A stretch of DNA of 64,000 nt from Klebsormidium nitens (lineage: Eukaryota > Plantae > Klebsormidiophyceae), in the NCBI GenBank assembly GCA_000708835.1, contig DF237404.1:1-64000 (forward strand), written 5' to 3'. The stretch's first letter is position 1. The number at the start of each line of letters is the position of its first letter. Below the pieces are notes generated by a model, which ran no database searches, had not been told where the DNA came from, and saw nothing but the letters and a program-made list of their open reading frames with translations. The translations under genes and the position numbers were made by a program. Positions 51,421 through 62,002 of the stretch are shown here, in pieces.

Positions 51421-51532
51421 GACACAAGTCTTCTTCTGGAGGAGAGCGAGCAACCGGCAGACATCAAAAGTAAGCTCTTCTTGCTCATAATGTCCACCGG
51501 TTGCCAGTCCCCCTCCACAAGAGACTTGTGCC
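51421..51532 (-). ncRNA. Candidate pre-miRNA hairpin 1
   Basis: About 44-bp stem on the minus strand with several G-U wobbles and few mismatches; 5' arm contains UGGAGGGGGACUGGCAACCGGUG (51517-51495). Confidence 0.6.
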
Positions 51533-51645
51533 ACTAGCAATTTGCGATTCCAGCAACATCTATGCAATAGCCCTATGCTTACATGATACTAGACAAACCT
51601 CCAGCTCTTTTGAAGTACCCCCCCAACACCTTCAACCCACTACCC

Positions 51646-51740
51646 CCTGGATGGAAACAAGCAACCGGCAAGCACCACGTGCAACAACTAGTTGGACGCA
51701 ATGCTCACCGGTTGCCAGTCCCCCTCCAAGAGAAGTGCCT
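51646..51740 (-). ncRNA. Candidate pre-miRNA hairpin 2
   Basis: Same 23-nt arm (51728-51706) paired to a divergent opposite arm; loop unrelated to hairpin 1. Confidence 0.58.
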
Positions 51741-54700
51741 CGCAAGAAGCTGACTCTCTGCAGAGAAAAAAATCTGTAAGATCTTCGGCAACCTTAGAGA
51801 CTTGCTACAAGCTTCCTTAATAGATGGCAACAACCCAATAAGACCATACAAGCAACACAAATGCAAGATCAAGATACACCGACCTTGGGCAAGCTTCGCT
51901 TGTAGGCAGGGGCACAATGCAGAATGAGCCGTATCTGAACTTGGTTAAATTTAAAAGAGCAAACAGCTCAGCTGCTAATAGCAAGACACTAACAAGCAGA
52001 ATTGGGGCATATGAGGGGCACACTCCAAGAAGTGAGCAATCTGTATGCTGGCCCAGCAATGAAATGCAAACAAAGATTTGAAATAACACCCGAACACCAA
52101 GAAGTCAAGTGCGTGACACAAAACAGGTGCACAAGAAACAGGACATTGAAGTAATTGAAGCTTCAACAGAAGCGATTCATCTGACCCCAACAAGCTGAAT
52201 TTGTTAGATAGCCTGGGAACAACCAGGTCTACATGACGGGGTGTAAGCTCACAAGTCCGCGGAAAACTCATATGTAAGCAGGCGCTCTAGAGGAAACATC
52301 AAATGTAAAAGGCAATCACCCGCAACCCCTAGTGTAAAAGCTTTCATGACAAACTTCAATGTGGAGCATTTGTTGATCAATGAAATGCCTCCAAATAATA
52401 GATTGAACAACATGCAAAAAAACACCAGCAGAGCTTCTGTAATATTAAACCAGCCAATATGTCTTGAAAATGTGGAGTAAGCACATTGCAGGGCAGATGA
52501 AGAAGATAAAGAACGAAACGCACTTGGATTACAATCTTTCAGATTTTTCAATCTTTTTGAACACGACGCTAACTGAGACTCACACACCAATTGATTGAGT
52601 ACACAGGCCCCTGGTACAGGCTGGCAGCCCTAGCAAGGTGGGGTTACTGTCTGATCGCCCACAATAATCAATGCAGTAGAAGCTTTGATTGTACTTGGCA
52701 CATCTTACATCTCCTGCAAGCTCTGTTACAGCAGTCCCCTATGACAAGCAATCTGTCAGACAACTAATGAGAGAGTCTCTGACCAGAGACTCTGAAGACA
52801 TTTCGTGACAAACCAAACAAAGACCAGTGAGCTTGTGCAGCAGGTGCAGATTGCACTGATCGCTGAATGGTGCGCTGGACGGATAAAACATCGAAGTTGT
52901 CTAACCAGAACGGCCCGCAAATTAAGCTTAAAACCCTTGATCGATCCAAATCCTGTTTTCAATCACCATTTTGAATTGAAATGCCACCCATGAAGGCATC
53001 ACTCTGTGCGAACCTGAAAGAAGAAGAACTTGGTAGACCACCGTCTGTGAGCCTCCTGATATCTCCCTGAAACTGCACATGCATCTCATTCCTATAGCGT
53101 TAACTTCCCGACAAATAGGCAACACATACCTCAAGTGGTGACCATAGCTTACCTTATATTTTCGCAGGCTGCTGGGCTGTAAAATGGCGAACCCCAGAGG
53201 ACGCAATTCTGCTAACATCAAATACCATTCTGAGGACGTGATCCTTCGCCTGGAGGACCTGGCGGTTGTCCAAGAAAGCTTCACTTGAACAAGGCCAGTC
53301 CATTTTGCGAGCTGGCAGGGTCAACCAATAACCTGAACAAGAGAGTTTTCAATGATCAGAACCTGAGTGAGGGGAGCGGCCAAGAAGCATCCAGGACTTC
53401 AGGGAAACCTATGCAAGCATTTAAAGCCACACTTGTTAAACCCAGTCGTTATCACACTAACACGTTAGAAATCAAGCAAGACAGCAAATCAAGAACAAAA
53501 CAGAGGTGACAAGCATTTAAATTGCTCCCATGTCTAAGAGGAGCTAGCAGCTTGCAGCCGGCTTAGGTGCAAACTGGGGTACCTAATCGAGAAGCAATGC
53601 CCTGAACAAAAGAAGCTTAGAAATCATTCAAGTTGCAGGCTTACCTGACAAAGGTTTCACTAGTACAGGCATCCATCTGTTGGGTGCAGTCAGTGCCAAA
53701 GAAAGATCCGGAAACCATGGTAAGGACAGTCCTCTAAGTTCACGCCATTTTAAGAGCTCCGACAACCCGCTATGGCAACTCATACATTGATTATGGCAGT
53801 AGAGAAATGCGACACCTGGAACAAGCGATGGCCCTCAATGGGTGAGAGCACCATTGCTTATAAACCCGCCTCGCACACCCGCTGTTCTTGGATTTATTAG
53901 CACCAGGCGGAAATTCAGGGGCATGAACCAGCTGGTCCAGCTCGTGGGTCGTCTTTGAAGTTTGATCTTCTTCCAAGCTTCATGCAGGCGCCATGATTCC
54001 GAACTTGCGCGCTAGCTGGACCGTTGAACCACTTCTTACATTTACCGTGGTACGGTAGGCTTTTACTTTTGTTGTACAGGTCGGGCCAGGACTTTCGTTC
54101 CGAAAGAACGACAGTTACTGTCGTTGACGCTGAAAAGTTCCTTGACGACTGCAGAAAGGGCCAGGTCCAGTCAGACATTGCTTGCGGTGTCAGTGTCGAG
54201 GGCAGACTTCTCAATCGTCGTCGAACTCACGAAACCGTCCACTGCAACTTCCCGGTGACTTTCTGAAATATCTAACGCGATCGGATCCTGTCACCCGGTG
54301 CCTACACTGCCAGAGAAAGCGTTACGTACTCCGGTTCTGACAATGACATCTTAGATATTGTCAATCATGATCATCATAGCGTACCGGCACTTTTGTTGGC
54401 GGGCCTTGGGAGTGCTAATAGTGGGCGTTGGCGAGGTGTATGGTCGCTTGAAATTGGAGGAAAATGCAAGAAATATCTAATCTGAATTCGAACTGTGTTT
54501 GTCATCGAAAACGCAGCAACACTGGATGGTAGCCTTTAAGACCCCAGTACGTACCTCAGTGGCATTTATGGAACCATCATAACAACCCGCCTGACAAAAA
54601 GTTTTCAAAAGAGGAGGGAAGTTGACGTGGCGGCTCGGGAAGTACACTTGAGGAACACTTCGAATGCCACGAATATCTACGAGTCCCACGCGTGAAGCCT

Positions 54701-55476
54701 CCACCAATAAGAACACCTCAAAGTTCCAGGTGGGACGCCGAAGTTTGCGGGACGGTTGGTGTCAGATTCAAGTCTCCTTCCATTCCTCCGCAAGGTCCCA
54801 CGTGACGGTCAAAGGCACGGCGCAACGGTAAGATGGCCGCAAGGAGCAGATTCGTTGAGCTTGCATGATGGAATGATGGAAGAGTACGTGTGCTAGCTCG
54901 CAAGAATAATCATTCCACAACGCTTCAATGCAGACTCAGAAAGCTTGTTTTAGAGGTTGCCAACGGCGGTGTGCGTCAGGAGAGAAAATCACAAAACTTG
55001 CGATAGATGACCCGTAGCATTAGTAGCACTATGTGCAAGTTGCTTTTAAAAGGCAGTCATGCATCGCCTCAAACCCTTCAATCTTTCAACGGTGGTCTGC
55101 ACATCAATATATGTAAAGTAGAAATTCTGCTTGAAGACCTCGCTGCAATGCTGTGGCGAGTTGCACGGAGTTGCTGCATCCGATATCGAAGTGGCCAAGC
55201 TACCTAGTTACGTCTAATTAATTGCAGCAACATCAAGTCAAGTCATGGCTTTCTCCTTCTAGGGCCTCAAACAGGCATTGGAGAACATCCTGTGGAATCA
55301 CTCGAGTTACAAGTCCTACAATGGTACACGCTCTACTATGCGACTCCAATGAAAAGTAGAAGAGCATGCCCAAAGTGAATTGCACTCACTCGAATATGCT
55401 GAAACTCCCCATCAGTCCAACGATTTTGTCGATCAGTCCAAACTTTGCTTGCTCCCAACAGAGCCGATTTGCTACT

Positions 55477-58400
55477 TCAGCACACTTTGCAGCTTTTTCG
55501 GCAGCTTCCAGCATATTGTGGAGAACCCACCATGTAGTCCGGGTTCTTCTCACATTCCCCTTGAGCTGCCCATTGATCGCAATGCTCGTTGACGTCTTCA
55601 CATCCATTTGGATCCACCTGTCATGGTTGTGTAGATGTCAGCCATCAATTCCACGCAGAAGTCGCTATTTAAGCCAACAAATCAAATGGGCTAAGTCCAC
55701 GCGCTCGACAAAATACATAGGTGCTCAGGAGTCCAGCGCCACTGTGTCCTATGGTGCGAAAACCCCATACACCAACCGCAACATTCAGGGAAAACGTTTT
55801 CAGGATTTGCTTTGAACTTCGGACACAATTTGCCAGAATCAATTTAAAACAAGGGCCCATCTGACAACAAAGTAAATCAGAAGTAAAAAGCGGAATACCA
55901 AAAAGTGCTCCAGGCCTCTGAACACAAAAGACACACAATCAGGGCCGGACGCAAATATGTTACAGCAGCAATGTCCACAAGCTCGTGCAAAGGAGTCATA
56001 GCCGTCCCAAGATAGCTGTGAACTCGTCTGCTGCAGACAAGCGCAGTCGACGAACTTAGTGATGGTTGAAGGTGGGCAGCAATTGCACTCTGACCCGGTT
56101 GATCCAAGCGCCCCGTCCCTAGGTTGCGCCTTTTCGTCGATCCAAACAGTCGCTTGAGCAAGCTTCGCCAGTGCAGAAACCGTGTCAGACAGACCGCAGT
56201 TGAAGTGGCGAGAGCAGCATACCTTCGGCCTATCGAAGGACGCCACGTGCATCCATTTGGTGGCGCTCCACTTCTCGCCCTGCTCGACTGGGCAGCCCCC
56301 GTGCAGGCTGTTGTCGTCGGTGGAGGCGTCGGGGTGCAGGCTGAAGAACAGGAGCGCGTCTCCTTTCTTCGGCTTGACTGTAAGAAAGCAACCGAACGGT
56401 AAGCTTGCGTCACAGGTCAGATGATAGACTGGAGTGGATGAGGTGCCCCTTTTTCTGGTGGCACCAAACAGGTTCCGCTCTGGGTCCCCCTTTGTTAAAA
56501 ATCGGTTAGTCCTTTCTCAGGTTCTTGATGCCAAGCCTGAACGTTTTGTGAACCAAAGTTTCACTCGTGAGATCGTTCGAGTGCTGATCGCGACTGCAGC
56601 CTCAATTTTGCTTTGGTCGAGAAAGCTATCAGGAAGCTCTTCTCTTTTACACGGCCCACCACTTTGACCAAGTGCAATGCTGTGGCGCACCCTCAAAAGC
56701 GGTCATCCTCACGGATCGCAGCTGCCCTGGTGTTTCTTATTGCGGTCCAGAAGGGGAAAATGAAAGCGAGTAAGTCGACTGACGGCTCGCACAGCGACCG
56801 TTGTCTTCGAGTCCGCCGACAATTTGAAGAGTAGTCGGACTAGAAGAAAGGATTTTACGGAACTGCGTCTGCTAAAACGAAGAAAAGGGGACCAGTTGCA
56901 GATTACACAGACGAAGGGAATGTGCGCCACTCCAACAGGAAATGGAGGAGAGTCTCGTCCTTGCATAGTACAACGGCGGGTCGTAGTGACCCTCTTTCCA
57001 GAACCGGTAGTCACTCAACCCGTCTACCCAAGTCGATTGAGCTGCTCCAAAAAGCCGATGATGTTTCGTCACGTCTCCGGGCTGCTTAATGTGGGCGTCT
57101 AACCACGTGGTTCCGCACCAATACCTGCGCAAAGCGTCTTGCTCTGGCCTCACTGAGTAATTCGTCTCTGGTTACTCCATTGAGAGACTCGAAATATTGG
57201 CATACGGACCAATTGACCACCGCATGGTTACGGGCGCCACGCTGACCTCTTTGATACAGTATGATCCGCTTACCTGCAACCCCCTTTTTGGCGCACTCGG
57301 ACCAGGTGTCGTCCTTCAAGCGGGTGTCGGGCTCGGACTTGGGGAAGACCGTCTCCCCGCCCTTGCCTACGTGGCTCAGGTACATGAGAACGGTGGCAAT
57401 GCGGTGGCCCCCCAGCTGGATGTTGTACTTGTCGTGGAAGAAGTCGAAGTGCGGGTCTGCGAAATAAGAGACCCGGCATCGTGTTAAGTGTTGGTAAAGG
57501 TCTGGAAAGCTGGGCAAAAGAAGAGGGAGCGAAGACGCTCTAGACGATTAGGGACGATGTTGATACTTGTCGTGGAAGAAGACAAAACGAGGATTTGCGA
57601 ATAAAAGACCCGGAGCGAAACGAAGCCATTGTTTTCATCAAAGGGGTCGCAAAACAAGGCGAAAGAAGAGGAGTGAAGAAGCTCTGGTCGAAACAGACTA
57701 ACGTGTACTCAACGAGAAAAATGTCAGAGTGGGGATTTGCGGAAAGGAAAGTTTCTGTGAAAATGAAGGCGATTGGCTTTGGCGTCATTCAAGCGGTTGG
57801 AACGCGGGGCGAGGAAGCACTAGACGTATACGGACTGTTGTTGGACTTGTCGATGTGGGATTCTGCGAAAATCTCATTGTGGATGGAGGCAATTGGTGTC
57901 GGCAATCTCTCAAGGTCTTAAAAAGCGGGGCGAAAGAAGAGATAGCGAACAAGCATGAGCGAATTCGCGAAGTCTGCACGGAATGTTGTTGGCTCTCGTC
58001 AAAGATAAATGGTCCGCTCGGTCGCTCTATCCGCCATCATGTCAAATAAGAGACTCAGGCAGAGACACGGGGAAGGCACGTAGGAGCGAAGTCGTTGTCG
58101 ATTCAGTCCGCGAAGATAAATGTCCTCACAGCGGGGACGTGAGCTTCAAAAAGGGACACGTAACATGGATATGCACACATGAGCTTGAGGCGCTGAAGGG
58201 CGGGCATTTGAAAGCGGAAGTTCCTATACTGGGAAGCAGGTCGTTTGGACGATGAGAGACGAAGCAGAGGAAACGGCTCTAGTCGACTAAACAACGAGTT
58301 TTCCAGAATCCTATTGAGGCGCCATTCTATTTCCAGTTCGTCTGCTGATGGATCCGAGTTCGATCCGAAGACGACACCTAGAGAATAGTGCTGACTGACG

Positions 58401-61346
58401 GCCGTCCCGGATCAAGACCACAGCTATGCATCTGACCAGCTTATTACGGACACGATGTGGGTACAAGCGTTGAGCGTACTGACCGTATTTCTGGCCGTGC
58501 TCGTAGCGCAGCACCTGGATTGACTCGCCGTTTTCTGTAACAAAAGCAGAGTCAGAGTCAGAACTCAGATAGCAGCTCGTGAATGACGCGTTAGATCGGA
58601 GACTAAACAGGCCTCAGATATCAAACATTTTATCCAGCTTCAACGTTCAGTCGGAATTAAAGTGCCGTTTTAACCCTGTGTACACACACAGCTTACTGCC
58701 TAGGCGGTGCAGGCAATCAAGGAGGTCAAAACGTCGGTTTTTCAGCTCTCCTGCTCAATTGAACGAACAGAACTTAGATTTTACTCCAAGGGGGATCCTG
58801 ATTGTGGAATCAGGACTGAGATTGAGAAAATTCATTGCTAGAATGATTGGCGTTACTGCTGGATAATGTTTTCAACTTACCAACAGGAATGAAGGTCCAT
58901 GCAGCGATCTTGGCTTCTATTCGTGCAACAATCTCGTCCTGCAAAGGTAAAGATTGGATGCATCCCTTGAGTCTACTGAGTCAAGGAAATCAATGTACCG
59001 AACTCGCAGGTAAAGAAGAGCTAAACGTGTGTCTGCTTTGATATGCTCTCGTCCTCCTTCTGGTAAAGTTTCTGAGATCGCACCCTGTCCTGAAAGTCCA
59101 TCTGTTGCCCGTGAGTGATGCTTGATAAGTAATTGTTTCATCATTATTTTTTCATCTCTCTCTCTCTAACAAGCATCGTTTATGACTCAATCAAGCTGAA
59201 AGCTATCTTGAGGCCAAGCCATCAGCGCCCAGTCCCTCAATGCCCATTTCGAAAGCGCGGCACAATCATGAAGAAGACAAATACAAGCACTGGCCAGACC
59301 TTGGCGCAGCGGCCCTGACGATTGCTACTTATCATGCCCTCAACTCGTGTGACGACTGTCGCTATGAAACTTTACAAGATGGTAGATTTGAATTCTGCAG
59401 GTACTAGCAACCTAATGTCTCCAATTGAGTGGCGGCTTTAGCAGTAGCACGTTCTGAAGATGGTGACTTCGACTTCCTTTGTGCATGACGGATAATCAGT
59501 TCGTAGGCTCAAACCAAGTCTGCTCAGTTGCGACCAATCCCTCTGCAACACCCCTTGTTGCACTACCCCAACCCGCCCCCCCTCACCTGGCCCTTTTGCA
59601 GGAACATGCCAGAGCTGGTGCGCACTTCGCTCGGGACGCTCTCCCCCGAGGTGCTATCAGCCACGGTCGACTTCTGGAGCTTGTCGCGGGCCTGTAAGCG
59701 GTCAGACTAGACAGTTTGCTTCTGGAGGGGTGAGAATTGGGTGCCGCACCTGAGCTTTACGCAGGAACATGCCGGAGCTGGTGCGCCCCTCATTCACAAT
59801 GCCACCCCCCGTCTTGTCATCTACCACCACGCTCTGCTCGAGATTGCCCCGCGCCTGTACAAAGTGCACCCAATGACAGGCGTTGAAAACTATACTAAAT
59901 GACAAGGTTCTCAACTGAGACCTGCCCAGAGGTGCACTATCCTAAATTCGAAAGTGTTGCCCCCAGACGTGTGCACAAAGGGCAGTCACACAAGCAGGGC
60001 ATGAAAGGAGCTACAAGTCAGATATGCCCTTTCCATGCAAGACGCACATCCAGTCCACGCAATGCACCAAAGAGCCTTCTTTGAAATTCTGTGGATGCTG
60101 ACGGGGACATGAAGCAAGCTCTCCAACAAGATAGAGTCTACTCGAAGCGGACTCTGGTATGATTGACAAGAATATCTGCCAGCGCCCTGCAAGTGCAAGC
60201 AACATATCTCCTGAATCTTGTTGGGCCACAAGAGCATGAACATGTGATGTCCTTGGCTGGTGTATCTTGCCCTTAATGACAGCAGAAAGTTGCAGTTACT
60301 TACCAGCTCCACTAGATGGTCGCACTCCTCGTCAGTCAGGAAGCCATGGTACACCCAAGCCCTGAAGGCAAAAAGAGGAAGGGGTCTGAGGAAGTTTTCG
60401 CCCTCGCTTCACACCAACATTGTCATGAGCACACAAATCCTTTTATCGACTTCTCAAAAGATCCAGATGGACTAGGAGGTACAAGGTCCCCTGTTAGTAA
60501 CCAGCAGGGTAGGCAGCCTGGTCAAGTGAAATTCACCTCTGCTGTGCAGATGTTTGCTTCACACCACTTGACAGGCCCTTGACGGATCGATAACAACGAT
60601 ACAGCTTGTTCCTGTGAATGAGTGCTGGTTGAGTCTAAGGAAGTGCAAAGTTGAAAGGAGTCCCACTTACCTGGGTTTCCAGGACAAGTGCTCCACTTTT
60701 GTTGGATCGACGTGCCAGCTGGATTTGGAGACCACCTGCTGAATTGTGTCTGCCTGCAGCTGTTTGCTGGTCTGATGACTGCAAGAAGGGGCAATGAGGT
60801 CTTCAGGCCTTGATCGAGTAAAGTCATGACTGGAGCAGTAGCAGGCAGGTTGGGCATTCCCCTTATTGAATTGACGGCAATAGACACGAAGGAGTATCAG
60901 TCTGGCTGTCAAAGCTTTTCAGTTCAGACTCTAGAAGCAGGTCAGACCGAGGCTTCATTGAAAGTGTCGGAGAGCAGTCAGAGGCTCGTGAAAACTGCGG
61001 ACATCTGGTCGAAGTATGCAAGCATCTGGATATGATGGAGGTTCCCACATTTTGGAAGAACCATCATCAGATTGAGGCAGCTGTGAGCAATCAGATTGCA
61101 CTCTTAGCTCCTTCAGCTGCTGAGAAGCCTTCTCTACAATGGTTGAGCTACATGCTTGCAAACTCACATGAACACATTACACAACCCTAATCCTTGTATC
61201 GTCCTTCGGAGCATGAGAGTGCACAGATTGTATGCCCACCTTTCGCCCAGCCACCCAGGCAGATCATCTGCTTGGCCAAGCCCCCTCACGGGTCCAATCG
61301 CTGAAAGACCGATCAGAAATCCAGTAAGAAGCAGCACGTGCCCCAT
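55477..61346 (-). CDS. P4H: Prolyl 4-hydroxylase (plant type, C-terminal ShKT domain) with duplicated internal exon 4a/4b
   Basis: Exons 61346-61240, 60778-60671, 60361-60304, [59854-59750 or 59691-59587], 58938-58881, 58534-58484, 57456-57274, 56377-56223, 55617-55477. Motifs VDPTKVEHLSWKPR, RTSSGMFL, IQVLRYEHGQKYDPHFD (HxD), GGETVFP, LHGGCPVEQGEKWSATKW; ShKT CEDVNEHCDQWAAQGECEKNPDYM...CRKSCKVC. An extra exon near 61.0-61.1 kb cannot be excluded. Confidence 0.95.
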
Positions 61347-62002
61347 TTTGGCCCCTTTTCCAAATAACTTGTCCCAGAGGCAGAAGAAGCAGGCAAACGG
61401 TTGTGGAGCTTGTGGTCCTCACGCCTAAAAGCTGAGAGTCATGTCCTGGGCAGTGCCTGCAGGGCTACTTCATGCGTCCTTGCGCAAGCTCTCATTTGGT
61501 CCTCCTCCACATTGATTCTGACTGGCTACAGTTCAGTGTACCTATTTTTGAAGTCTTTTGAAGACAGGCACGGTTTTAAGAAAGAAAGTTGATTCTCAAA
61601 AGGGCATCCCCTTGACACACAGAGCAGAGCAAGGCTCCGAAGCGACGCAGAGATCTACCACCTATGCAACCGATTCTCAAGAAATGTGCACACAAACCGA
61701 TTGGTATAGAATCAGCTCCTCCTATAGCAGACTGTGATGTCCTTGACTTGCTGACCACTTTTGCTTCTCTTGTCATTGACTCGTCTGTCATTGCTGAGGC
61801 CCAGGGAGACGCTCAGCTTCCCAGCTGAGCAGCTCCAGCTTCCCTAGCTCCGCATCTGAACATATTGGAGCAGCTTTACAGCCTCCTGCTCCGTTCAATT
61901 TCAGTACTCTTGGCTTCTGCGATTGCAGCACAAGTTGGACGTGTTGATTCTTGCAGAAAGTGCACTCAACACCAACAAGGTTCTTTCTATGCGAGCAATG
62001 GC

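Noticed and set aside
51421-51740. CRISPR-like repeat-spacer interpretation of the 23-nt direct repeat
   Set aside because: Only two copies, 211 bp apart, in a eukaryotic context with no cas genes; a hairpin-arm explanation fits better.
52250-55400. Retrotransposon (RT/integrase) remnant
   Set aside because: No RT, RNase H, integrase or transposase motifs recognised in any listed frame.
55839-56222. Read-through Cys-rich C-terminal extension of P4H
   Set aside because: A GT donor after RPK and a downstream in-phase ShKT exon (55617-55477) explain the true C-terminus.
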